Shown here: in pieces, positions 17,859 to 26,165 of the stretch
Position numbering within the stretch: position 1 is the stretch's first letter
Layout: each line of letters begins with the position of its first letter
Origin: an uncultured Desulfurococcaceae archaeon
GTDB taxonomy: Archaea > Thermoproteota > Thermoprotei_A > Sulfolobales > NBVN01
NCBI GenBank assembly: GCA_964479035.1
Contig: CAYZJX010000001.1
Span: 3,878 to 32,418 of the forward strand
Direction of reading: 5' to 3'
Length of the DNA stretch: 28,541 nt
Notes under the pieces: model-generated
The model's database searches: none
What the model saw: only the letters and a program-made list of their open reading frames with translations
What the model was told of the DNA's origin: nothing
Program-made: the position numbers and the translations under genes

Positions 17859-18185
17859 TTACTCCCTCACTAACTTATATGTAATGCCGTGGTCCTTAAT
17901 AGCTTTAATAGTTTCATTTCTCCACTTATTCCTGCCATACAGCACGATTACAGGTATCCTACTTAATTTCTTTGAAGCTTCAGTAATTTCAGTTATTAAT
18001 TTCTCTGCATTCTTATCATTAATCGCAACACCTATGATTAAGTTACTGCCCTCCTTAGAAGCTAATATGAAGTTACTCTGAATCCTTATAGAATAACCAG
18101 CTAATAGATAGCGTGCTGCTACTTTACCCAGCACACCGTATTTTTCCACTAACCTATTTGACTGATATATTCTTCTCCACGTCAA
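17859..18185 (-). CDS. Hypothetical protein, probable degenerate PD-(D/E)XK/YraN-like nuclease fold
   Basis: TTG start with a GGTGAG SD. The pattern G...vAa.Yl.aGYsi....ilAsK.g..liigV resembles the restriction-endonuclease-like core, but the catalytic acidic and Lys residues are absent. Confidence 0.6.
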   Translation of the reverse strand: MTWRRIYQSNRLVEKYGVLGKVAARYLLAGYSIRIQSNFILASKEGSNLIIGVAINDKNAEKLITEITEASKKLSRIPVIVLYGRNKWRNETIKAIKDHGITYKLVRE

Positions 18186-18355
18186 TTCTTCTCACCGTAA
18201 TATCTAAGTATATAATATGAAGGTAAAAATCTTACTTGAAATATCAAGAACGTTAATAATTCAGCATATTTATTTGATCTTACTAATAACTTATTTGCTC
18301 CTTTACCTACCTGGTAAGTGAATGCTTACATCAAATAACACGTGAGGTGATACTC

Positions 18356-19567
18356 ATGAAGTATCTCATAAGAGCTAAAGCAGAAATCGATGGAATAGTA
18401 GATAAGTCAGATATAGTTGGGGCTATATTCGGTCAAACAGAAGGATTATTCAGCCCTGACTTTGACTTAAGGGAGCTTCAGGATAAGGGAAGAATAGGGA
18501 GGATTGTTGTTGACATTAAGCAGCAGGGAACTAGAACTATAGCTGAAGTACTAGTACCGTCAAACCTAGATAAAGCAGAGACAGCGCTTGTAGCTGCTAT
18601 GATAGAGTTTGTGGATAAGGTGGGTCCATACAGCGCTAAAATTAAGGTTATTGATATAATTGACGTTAGGTATGAAAAAATTAAAAAGATAACGGAGAGA
18701 GCTAAGGATATTCTGAAGAAGTGGTTTAGAGAGAAGACAATAGATGTCAGGGAGATAATTAATGAGATCGAGACTTCCATAAAAGCAGGAGAACTGGTAT
18801 ACTATGGACCTGACAGGCTACCTGCAGGTCCGGAAGTCGATACTTCTGACACGGTAGTAATTGTTGAAGGGAGAGCCGACGTCATTAACATGCTTAGGTA
18901 CGGATATAGAAATGTAGTTGCATTAGAAGGTGCTAGAGGCAGGATACCGGAAACTATAATTAATCTCTCTAAGCGGAAAAGAACAATAGTATTCTTAGAT
19001 GGTGACCATGCTGGTGACTTAATACTTAAGGAGTTACTTAGAGTAGCTAAAGTAGATTATATAACTAGGGCACCGCCAGGCAGGGAGGTCGAGGAATTAA
19101 CAGGAAGGGAAATAGCTAAGGCACTAAAGAATGCTATTCCAACAAAAACATACTTGCAGCAGCTAGCTAAGGAGGTACCTGAAGTCAAGGTAGAAGAACG
19201 CAGAATTTATGCTGAAGTCAAAAAAGAGACTAAGCCTATTACTGAGGTTACTGTAGCTGAAACAATTCAAGTGCCTGCTAACATCGTAGAGAGCATAAGG
19301 AATATGAGGGGTACGCTAGAAGCACTTATATACAATAGTAAGTGGGAACTACTAGATAAAGTTCCTGTCAGAGACTTAGTAGATTATTTGCTATCAACTG
19401 AGAAGAACGGCATTTATGCTATAATTATGGATGGCATAATAACGCAAAGAGTAGTTGATGCGGCTTCTGTTAAGGGAGTAAAGTTGATTATTGGAGCTAG
19501 AGTCGGTGTAATATCTAAGAGACCTGCAGATCTCACAATGCTAACGATGGACGACGTACTGCACTAA
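18356..19567 (+). CDS. dnaG: Archaeal DnaG-type primase (exosome-associated)
   Basis: DIVGAIFGQTEGL, LRELQDKGRIGRI, TOPRIM motifs VEGRADV and DGDHAG. ATG 18356 follows the GAGGTGA SD. Confidence 0.96.
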   Translation: MKYLIRAKAEIDGIVDKSDIVGAIFGQTEGLFSPDFDLRELQDKGRIGRIVVDIKQQGTRTIAEVLVPSNLDKAETALVAAMIEFVDKVGPYSAKIKVIDIIDVRYEKIKKITERAKDILKKWFREKTIDVREIINEIETSIKAGELVYYGPDRLPAGPEVDTSDTVVIVEGRADVINMLRYGYRNVVALEGARGRIPETIINLSKRKRTIVFLDGDHAGDLILKELLRVAKVDYITRAPPGREVEELTGREIAKALKNAIPTKTYLQQLAKEVPEVKVEERRIYAEVKKETKPITEVTVAETIQVPANIVESIRNMRGTLEALIYNSKWELLDKVPVRDLVDYLLSTEKNGIYAIIMDGIITQRVVDAASVKGVKLIIGARVGVISKRPADLTMLTMDDVLH

Positions 19568-19576
19568 CATAAAAAC

Positions 19577-21964
19577 CTACTTTTTACCTCCAAAGAAGTC
19601 AAGTAATGTTTTAGATGCTTTTCCAATTCCCTCTAACTGCTTTTCAGTTACACCAAAGTAACTGAGTATTCTAAGAGCTGCTGGAATTATCTGGTGCTTA
19701 ACGTAGTACTCAACATCGATATCCTTTGGTCTAACCATCATGTAGGGGTAGGCGCGTGCTGAGATCTTGCCCTGACCCTTGATGATTACATAGCCTATTT
19801 TGTCACCAACCTCAACCCTACCTCCTGCCTCAATAAGTCTTTTAGCTGCCATAACGTGAGGAGCATCTACCTCGTACTCACTTAATCTCCTAGTTATTGT
19901 TTTCCATATTATTAGCTTCTCTATAGATATTGCACCCTTCCTTAGTTCCCCAATTATCTTTCTTACATAATCTATCGCTTTTTCAACCTTGCCCTCCTTG
20001 AGAACTATCTTAGCAACATTCTCCTGCACCTCCTTGGCTAACTCGGTCCAGTCCCCCCTAACTGCTTCAAATCCAACTATATCTATTGATCCATCTATAG
20101 TAAGTCCAACATATCTCTTCTTAGCTTCAGTAAAGAACACCCTAACGTAAATCTTATCTACCTTAATCTCAAGTCCTAGCTCATCCATAACCTTCTTAAT
20201 GAATTCATTAATCTTCTTTTCATCGTAACTAACAAAGAGTGAGTCTGTATCGCCATAAATAACCTTAAGCCCGAGCGACTTAGCTATTCCTATCGCCTTC
20301 TTTATGGTCTCCCTGCCTAATGCTGTAACAGCTTCAGCACCTTCTCTAAAGTACCACCTAGCACCAACCCAACCCATATACCCATAGGAGGCATTGGCTA
20401 GTATCTTCAGTGCTTTCTGCCTTTCATCTAGTAGCCTGTATTCCGGTGAGTCCTTAGGAATCTTTTTCATTTCTTCTCTAATCTTCTTCCTGAGTCTCAG
20501 CAACATCTCTAAAACACTCTTATAGAAACCAGGTGGGTGTCTCCTAAATTTATAACCTAAGCCAGGTATAATGTGGCATTCTTTCTCACTGCACTTACTT
20601 TCAATGTACGTATCAGGACCTACATTGTATTTAATCATTAAGTTCGGGTACATTGAAGAGAAGTCGAGTACTGCAATATTTTCGTGCACACCTTTAATAG
20701 GTTCAAGGACTATAGCCCCTCTGTAGGGCTCGTAGGGCCTTTCAACTCTGTTAGGCACTAATTCGCCATATTTAAAGGCCTCTCTCATTAAGTACCACTC
20801 AAGTCTGAAACCTACTGAAGCAGCACCCACCTGATCAAGCGGCAGGCCTGTTAAGCTAGATAATTGAATGGCAAATGGCAGGAATTTTTCCGCTAAACCC
20901 ATGGTTGATACAACATCATCTTTAGCGTACTTCAGTAACTTATCCCTTCTCTTCTTATCGTCCCAGTAGAGATATATTTCATACCAAGGAATATTAGTTC
21001 TTTCGTTTTTCTTCATAACTCCTAAGTAGTCGGCCACTTCATCTAATGACTTAATCTTAACTTCAGGTATTTCTTCAGCGAAGTTATATAAATCAACATT
21101 TAGCCTTCCTGGCACAGATATGTGGCCATATACGGATGTCCTCGGTATACCCCCTTTAACCCTGCTGACATCTAGCTTTATTCCTAAGTAATTACTTCTC
21201 TGTAGTAGGTAGGGCCAGTCGAAACCATTGGAGTTATATCCTACTATTATATCTGGGTCGTACTCGATAACGTAATTAATGAATTCCTCAAGCATACGCT
21301 TGTCAGGTTTATTGAGGGAGTCCTCAGCAATAAATTGCTTAATTTCTCCTTCGGAATTCATTGTAGACACAATGATTACGGGATCTTTTTCAGGTCTTGG
21401 TGCACCTTTTGGATTATACACTTCTATGTCAAAAGCTAGTACCTTGAGTTTTGGTGGAAGTGCCCTATCTAAACGTCTGAAGCCACCAGCTACTCTGTAG
21501 ATTTTAGTAACTCTGTATTTAGGATTCGGGTATTCTTCCTCAGCTTCGACTTCATACCAGGTACAAGGACTTAAATCCTTATCAATAAGGTAACGCATTG
21601 CGAATCTAATGTCGGCCTCAAGGACTTCCTTAACTCCCCTCAAATGCTTAACCTCCTCTCTATACGTTCTTACATATTCTGGTATAACAGTCGTAACCTT
21701 AATTACCTTAACAGGCTTACCAAAATACTTTCTATCAACAACTTCTACATTAATAATAGGTGAAGCTGCTTTACTCAAACGCTTTATTTTACTTATTAAA
21801 TCATTAATATCAGCTTCATCAGGCATTACGTAGAAGTAAGGCCTGAAAGAATAGTCCTTTATTAGTATAGGCTCCCCCCTAGAGTTAACAGACCATAAGA
21901 GGATAATAGGATTCTTCGATGCCACTTCATAGCTGGCATCTAATAAGTAAAATTCAACCTTCAA
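19577..21964 (-). CDS. polB: Family B DNA polymerase (PolB3-like), intein-free
   Basis: Exonuclease motifs FDIE, YNSNGFD and YAKDD; polymerase motifs DFSSMYP, KILANASYGY and YGDTDS; KKRY. 795 aa. Confidence 0.96.
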   Translation of the reverse strand: MKVEFYLLDASYEVASKNPIILLWSVNSRGEPILIKDYSFRPYFYVMPDEADINDLISKIKRLSKAASPIINVEVVDRKYFGKPVKVIKVTTVIPEYVRTYREEVKHLRGVKEVLEADIRFAMRYLIDKDLSPCTWYEVEAEEEYPNPKYRVTKIYRVAGGFRRLDRALPPKLKVLAFDIEVYNPKGAPRPEKDPVIIVSTMNSEGEIKQFIAEDSLNKPDKRMLEEFINYVIEYDPDIIVGYNSNGFDWPYLLQRSNYLGIKLDVSRVKGGIPRTSVYGHISVPGRLNVDLYNFAEEIPEVKIKSLDEVADYLGVMKKNERTNIPWYEIYLYWDDKKRRDKLLKYAKDDVVSTMGLAEKFLPFAIQLSSLTGLPLDQVGAASVGFRLEWYLMREAFKYGELVPNRVERPYEPYRGAIVLEPIKGVHENIAVLDFSSMYPNLMIKYNVGPDTYIESKCSEKECHIIPGLGYKFRRHPPGFYKSVLEMLLRLRKKIREEMKKIPKDSPEYRLLDERQKALKILANASYGYMGWVGARWYFREGAEAVTALGRETIKKAIGIAKSLGLKVIYGDTDSLFVSYDEKKINEFIKKVMDELGLEIKVDKIYVRVFFTEAKKRYVGLTIDGSIDIVGFEAVRGDWTELAKEVQENVAKIVLKEGKVEKAIDYVRKIIGELRKGAISIEKLIIWKTITRRLSEYEVDAPHVMAAKRLIEAGGRVEVGDKIGYVIIKGQGKISARAYPYMMVRPKDIDVEYYVKHQIIPAALRILSYFGVTEKQLEGIGKASKTLLDFFGGKK

Positions 21965-22027
21965 TATTGCACCAACAAAATACCCGTAATAAAACCTATA
22001 TACTTTTAATAACAGAACTATAGGTGA

Positions 22028-23398
22028 TTATCTGCTATGAAGCTGCGCCAGCAGATACTTTTTAATCTGTATAGCTAATTCCTTAGACTTCATGAAAACG
22101 GCATCCATATTAAGGTACTCCCAGCTGCCGAATCTGCCATGCAAGAAAATACCTGCTTTCATTAACTCAGCCTTTACCCTAGGCAGTAAAGCCTTCCTCA
22201 GTCTATCATAAAGTACGTACGCATGGTCCCACTTCCAAACATGCGCAACTTCAACATCTGCAGCAGATTTCACCAAGCCTATGCTTTCAAACCCATCAAT
22301 AACTCTCCTAATTAGATCATTATTATTGACAGACCGCATAGATTCCACATTATGAAAGGATACCTCAGCAATTAAAGTTGATGATCCAGCGGGTGCGGTT
22401 AGTGGCGAGTAATTACTGAGGACTGCAGCACGGTGGAATATCAGGTCTTTATCGGGAAAGTAAATCCAATGGATTGGCGGGACAGGTCTTCTTAGCCCTA
22501 ATCCTATAACTGAGACGGGGATACTTCTAAGCCTGCCTACTGCCTGAGCTACCTCAGGGCTAGCTACGTATTTAAAAAACTTAGTGTTGTTTAATGGAGC
22601 TGTATATACTACACACGAACATACGATCTCATCCTCGGGAAGCTCAATAATTTTTAATGTATTACCTCTCTTCTCATGAATTCTAGTAGTGAGTGCTGGA
22701 GAGAAGTACTTCACCTCAGCACCTAATTTAATTATAGTACTGACTAATGATTTAGCTAGTGACTCAATACCGCTTACCGGGTAATAAAAAAAGAGTTGGT
22801 GTTGATAACCCTCTACTTCAATACCAACAGCAGCTTTAATTACATCATCAATTGGTGGATTAGGTACCCTACCACCAACCCATTCAAGAGTTATTTCCCG
22901 CAAATCTACTTTCCATAACTTCTCATTATATGGTATAAGATACTTCTCAGCTATTGATTTCCCAAATACATACAGAATCCATTCAAGAAAGTTTTCTGGC
23001 TCTTGCAACTCGCCTTTGATTCTTTTTATGTATGTATCAACTAAATTCTTGAGGCACTCATACCTTTCAGTTGCTGGGAGTTGCCCTAAACCATTTTCAA
23101 ATGGATACTTTACGAAGAGGCCTTTGTAGTGTACCTTAGTATTTCTTCTATGGGCAATAAGGTCCTCACTAAGTATATTAATTATTTCATTGAGTACTCT
23201 GATACTTCTTGAAAATATTATATGTGAACCACCAGCATCGAATATGTAATTACCTACCTTCTCACTCTTCAATAGCCCTCCAGCACGGTTACTAGCTTCA
23301 ACAATTACTATTTTGCGAATACCTTCCTTAAGTAAGTAGTAAGCAGCAGTTAGGCCAGCTAATCCAGCACCGACTATGCATACCTGGTAATATTTCAT
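22028..23398 (-). CDS. FAD-dependent oxidoreductase, eukaryote-type UDP-galactopyranose mutase-like (would likely be auto-annotated as HemY/amine oxidase family)
   Basis: GAGLAG and E..RAGG dinucleotide fold, DAGGSHIIFS, YPFENG, PYNEKLW, WVGGRV, WIYFP..IFHRA..SNYSP, DHAY and GRFGSWEYLNMD. Confidence 0.75.
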   Translation of the reverse strand: MKYYQVCIVGAGLAGLTAAYYLLKEGIRKIVIVEASNRAGGLLKSEKVGNYIFDAGGSHIIFSRSIRVLNEIINILSEDLIAHRRNTKVHYKGLFVKYPFENGLGQLPATERYECLKNLVDTYIKRIKGELQEPENFLEWILYVFGKSIAEKYLIPYNEKLWKVDLREITLEWVGGRVPNPPIDDVIKAAVGIEVEGYQHQLFFYYPVSGIESLAKSLVSTIIKLGAEVKYFSPALTTRIHEKRGNTLKIIELPEDEIVCSCVVYTAPLNNTKFFKYVASPEVAQAVGRLRSIPVSVIGLGLRRPVPPIHWIYFPDKDLIFHRAAVLSNYSPLTAPAGSSTLIAEVSFHNVESMRSVNNNDLIRRVIDGFESIGLVKSAADVEVAHVWKWDHAYVLYDRLRKALLPRVKAELMKAGIFLHGRFGSWEYLNMDAVFMKSKELAIQIKKYLLAQLHSR

Positions 23399-23400
23399 GA

Positions 23401-23787
23401 TTATTTCACTCTATGGGTGAATACCTTACTGAGATCACCAACTTCTATTAATGCAACCTCCAGTAGTGCACCGACCTCAGCTTCTACTAGGTGACCACCA
23501 TATGCTTCATTATGAGATCTTGTTAAGTTAACGTGTAGATGAATACTTATGTTATTACCTACCTTCATATAGTTACCTAAGAGTGAAGTTACTTCAAGCA
23601 TATAGTCGTCTTTTCCACTTACTTCTAGTACGTCGTAGGTGCCGTCTTTATATATTCCTATTTTAGCTTTCTTAAATGCCCCTATGCCGAGTATGAAGCC
23701 TCCAACTAAACCTTCACTTCTTATTTTATCGGTTAGATAATCCAACGGATTAGCGCCTTCAGGTACCTTAACAGGAATAATCCTCAT
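23401..23787 (-). CDS. PPC/DUF296 domain protein
   Basis: GIGAF, EVTSLLGN, H.H and GGHL motifs. 128 aa. Confidence 0.88.
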   Translation of the reverse strand: MRIIPVKVPEGANPLDYLTDKIRSEGLVGGFILGIGAFKKAKIGIYKDGTYDVLEVSGKDDYMLEVTSLLGNYMKVGNNISIHLHVNLTRSHNEAYGGHLVEAEVGALLEVALIEVGDLSKVFTHRVK

Positions 23788-23903
23788 TATTACTCACAAT
23801 ATCAACAACTAACTAAACAATAAAACAGTTTTTCTTAATTTGCTGTGTGATGGGTATTGACAATTTATATTAGATAATTCTAATTTATCCTAGGTGATTC
23901 ATC

Positions 23904-24707
23904 ATAAGGGTAAGTTTAGGCATACCCCCACTTGATATGGCCTTGCCCGAGGGTATAATGCGTTCGTCAACAATCATAATTTCAGGGCCAGCAGGCACGG
24001 GGAAGTCAGTTATTCTAACTCACATAGCTCACAGTTTCCTCTCACGTAATGAGGAGGTGATTTATGTAACATTTGATGATTCTCCCGAAGCGCTGCTTGA
24101 GCTCTTTAGAAGTTTTAAGTGGGATCCAGTCAAGTTTATTGATCAAGGACTTCTGAAGATTGTGGACGGCTTCTCATTTAGGTTAGGGTCTTTAAAGAAA
24201 TCAATAAAAGGTGTCGTTAAGGAGGTTAAGCCAGAGGAACCTAGCAGAGCGCTTTATACCATTAATGAGCTACTTGAAGAGCATAAAATTGAAAAAAGGG
24301 GCTGTGTAATTATTGACTCGTTGAATGAATTAATGTTCAAGCTTGATGTTACTCAAGTCCTTGAATTCGTTAAATCCATTAGAGCAGTAATTTCTAAAGG
24401 TAGGGGCGTAGTCACATTCTTCACACTACATACCACGACCGACATGCTCGTAGAGCTCAGGGCACATCTTGAGTACCTTGTGGATGGCTTAATCGAGACT
24501 AGGATTGAACCTAATCTACAGGAAATGGGCATACCGCTTAAGCAATTAATGGTAAAGAAAATGCGTGGTGTCCCAACTAATCCGTTGTGGATACCCTATG
24601 TTATTGTCTCAGAGGGCATTAGGCTAGTTGATCAAAGCAAGCTAGCAGCACTAGTAAAGGCAAGGCTTAAAGAGGCCATAAGCGGACTGCAGCAAGGTGC
24701 AACTTGA
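23904..24707 (+). CDS. Single-domain KaiC/RAD55 (RecA-fold) ATPase
   Basis: Walker A GPAGTGKS, Walker B IIDSL, VDGLI and KKMRG. The conserved N-terminal motif (RVSLGIPPLD) lies upstream of ATG 23937, which points to a start at ATA 23904. Confidence 0.85.
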   Translation: MRVSLGIPPLDMALPEGIMRSSTIIISGPAGTGKSVILTHIAHSFLSRNEEVIYVTFDDSPEALLELFRSFKWDPVKFIDQGLLKIVDGFSFRLGSLKKSIKGVVKEVKPEEPSRALYTINELLEEHKIEKRGCVIIDSLNELMFKLDVTQVLEFVKSIRAVISKGRGVVTFFTLHTTTDMLVELRAHLEYLVDGLIETRIEPNLQEMGIPLKQLMVKKMRGVPTNPLWIPYVIVSEGIRLVDQSKLAALVKARLKEAISGLQQGAT

Positions 24708-24931
24708 AGTTGCGTATAAAAATTTACTTAAGTAAGGAGCTCTGTACTAAATGCGGTCTTTGTATACGCTATTGTCCTACTGAAACGTTCATACTAGAAG
24801 AAGGCGAAATCAAGATACGTGAGGAGAGATGTATTTACTGCAGATCATGTGAGGTACTCTGTCCTGAGAAAGCTATAAAGACGGTATTACTCGATGATGA
24901 CCTAACCATAGAGATTCATAAAGTACTATAA
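24704..24931 (+). CDS. 2x[4Fe-4S] ferredoxin-like protein
   Basis: CTKCGLCIRYCP and CIYCRSCEVLCP. The TTG start overlaps the upstream TGA (TTGA). Confidence 0.88.
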   Translation: MKLRIKIYLSKELCTKCGLCIRYCPTETFILEEGEIKIREERCIYCRSCEVLCPEKAIKTVLLDDDLTIEIHKVL

Positions 24932-24949
24932 AGAGATAGGGATTAACAC

Positions 24950-24955
24950 TTATAA
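24950..24955 (+). promoter_or_regulatory. TATA box of the tRNA-Ser gene
   Basis: TTATAA ends 25 nt upstream of the mature tRNA 5' end. Confidence 0.5.
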
Positions 24956-24980
24956 CCTAACATAAAAATCTATGAGAGGA

Positions 24981-25092
24981 GCCGGGGTCGCCTAGCCTGG
25001 TAGGGCGCCGGCCTGCTAAGCGTAAAACCCTACCGGCGCAGAAAGCCGGTGGGGGAATCCCCGCGCGGGTTCAAATCCCGCCCCCGGCGCCA
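24981..25092 (+). tRNA. tRNA-Ser(GCT) with 25-nt intron (25019-25043) at canonical position 37/38; CCA encoded
   Basis: Acceptor stem GCCGGGG/CCCCGGC, discriminator G, CCA. Anticodon stem CCGGC/GCCGG, anticodon GCT at 25015-25017, long variable arm, T-loop TTCAAAT. BHB motif with central helix CTGC/GCAG and 3-nt bulges. Confidence 0.95.
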
Positions 25093-25234
25093 CATACTTT
25101 ACTCTTTTAATTATTATTCTTGTAGATGTAGCATTGACGTAGGTAAACGAGGTATTTTTGTGGATATCTGTAGATAGTTCTTTCTGAATCCTTAGGATCT
25201 AAGAGTAGTAGCTGTAAATGCTTTCTTCAGGACT

Positions 25235-25286
25235 TCAGTAATGGGACTTGTCATCACGTATCAGCGAAGAGCGCTCACATCACATC
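25235..25286 (-). ncRNA. C/D-box 2'-O-methylation guide sRNA
   Basis: The minus strand reads GTGATGT (C) - GAGCGCTCTTCG - CTGA (D') - TAC - GTGATGA (C') - CAAGTCCCATTA - CTGA (D), with two 12-nt guides. TTTATAAT lies about 24 nt upstream of box C. Confidence 0.85.
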
Positions 25287-25306
25287 ATAATTTAGTGTCT
25301 GCTAGT

Positions 25307-25314
25307 ATTATAAA
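25307..25314 (-). promoter_or_regulatory. TATA box (TTTATAAT) for the C/D sRNA, possibly also serving the divergent GTPase gene
   Basis: Its spacing to box C is right for an archaeal TATA box. It also reads as TATA-like on the plus strand, 35 nt before the GTPase start. Confidence 0.5.
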
Positions 25315-25349
25315 GTCTGGTATTGTTGTGTTATGGGAAGTGAGGGTAA

Positions 25350-26165
25350 TTGAGATTAGCTAGCTGGCGCTTAATACAGGAACTACTTGATATGTGTGAT
25401 GTAGCACTTGAGGTAGTTGATATTAGGGACCCGCTATCTACGAGGAGTAGAAGACTAGAGGCATTAGCTAGTAGGAAAGGTGTACCTATAGTCATAGTAT
25501 TAAATAAGGCTGACTTAGTACCAATTAGGGTTAGTGAAGCATGGAGGAGGTATTTTGAGGCTCGTGAAGGTGTTAGGACGGTCTATATTTCCGCTAGGAA
25601 GCGCTTAGGCACACGTGTACTTAGGAGAACAATAAAGGAAGTTATTAAGGGTAAGTTACCAATTACTGCAGGTGTCTTCGGAATTCCAAAAGTAGGTAAG
25701 TCAACTCTAATAAATACACTTAAGGGCAGGCGCTCAGCGGGCACATCCCCATACCCTGGAACGCCCGGATATACTAAGAAGTCACAACTATTTAAGATAG
25801 AGAGCAACATATATATGATTGATACACCTGGGCTGGTTCCACCAGATAGCAGGGACATAGAGTCCGTTATCAGGTCAAGACCTATTGATAAATTAGAAAA
25901 TCCTGTTGCAGTTGCACTAGAGTTAATTAAGAAAATACTTAAGTATAATCCGTACGCTTTCCTACAAGCTTACGATATTAAGTCCAGAAATCCTGGTGAT
26001 ATAATAGCAATGCTAGCTAGGAAGAGGGGCTGGGTGTATAGAAAAGATGGTGAACCAATACTTCATGAAGCAGCTAAGGCAATAATTAGGGACTACTTAG
26101 ATGGTAAGATTGTATTTTACGTTATGCCTCAACAACTTGAAGAATTTCATTTTGGCTCAACTTAA
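25350..26165 (+). CDS. Circularly permuted ribosome-biogenesis GTPase (RbgA/YlqF family)
   Basis: DIRDP, G4 NKAD placed before G1 GIPKVGKS, G2 PGYT, G3 DTPG, and a C-terminal AA..IIRDY..GK. Confidence 0.9.
   Translation: MRLASWRLIQELLDMCDVALEVVDIRDPLSTRSRRLEALASRKGVPIVIVLNKADLVPIRVSEAWRRYFEAREGVRTVYISARKRLGTRVLRRTIKEVIKGKLPITAGVFGIPKVGKSTLINTLKGRRSAGTSPYPGTPGYTKKSQLFKIESNIYMIDTPGLVPPDSRDIESVIRSRPIDKLENPVAVALELIKKILKYNPYAFLQAYDIKSRNPGDIIAMLARKRGWVYRKDGEPILHEAAKAIIRDYLDGKIVFYVMPQQLEEFHFGST

Noticed and set aside
18186-18346. Short 5-bp inverted repeats in the dnaG divergent promoter region
   Set aside because: They are too short to exceed chance in AT-rich DNA, and there are no C/D boxes or stable structure.
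19577-21964. Intein or inactivation in PolB
   Set aside because: The length is normal, all exonuclease and polymerase motifs are contiguous and intact, and no HN-C/S/T junction was seen.
25093-25234. Integrated-element scar or att site downstream of tRNA-Ser
   Set aside because: No duplicate of the tRNA 3' end, no integrase fragment and no convincing ORF were seen (only a 21-codon frame and a start-less frame on the minus strand).
26122-26165. 44-bp convergent 3' overlap of the GTPase and VWA genes
   Set aside because: It is real in the sequence, but such tail-to-tail overlaps are routine in compact archaeal genomes.
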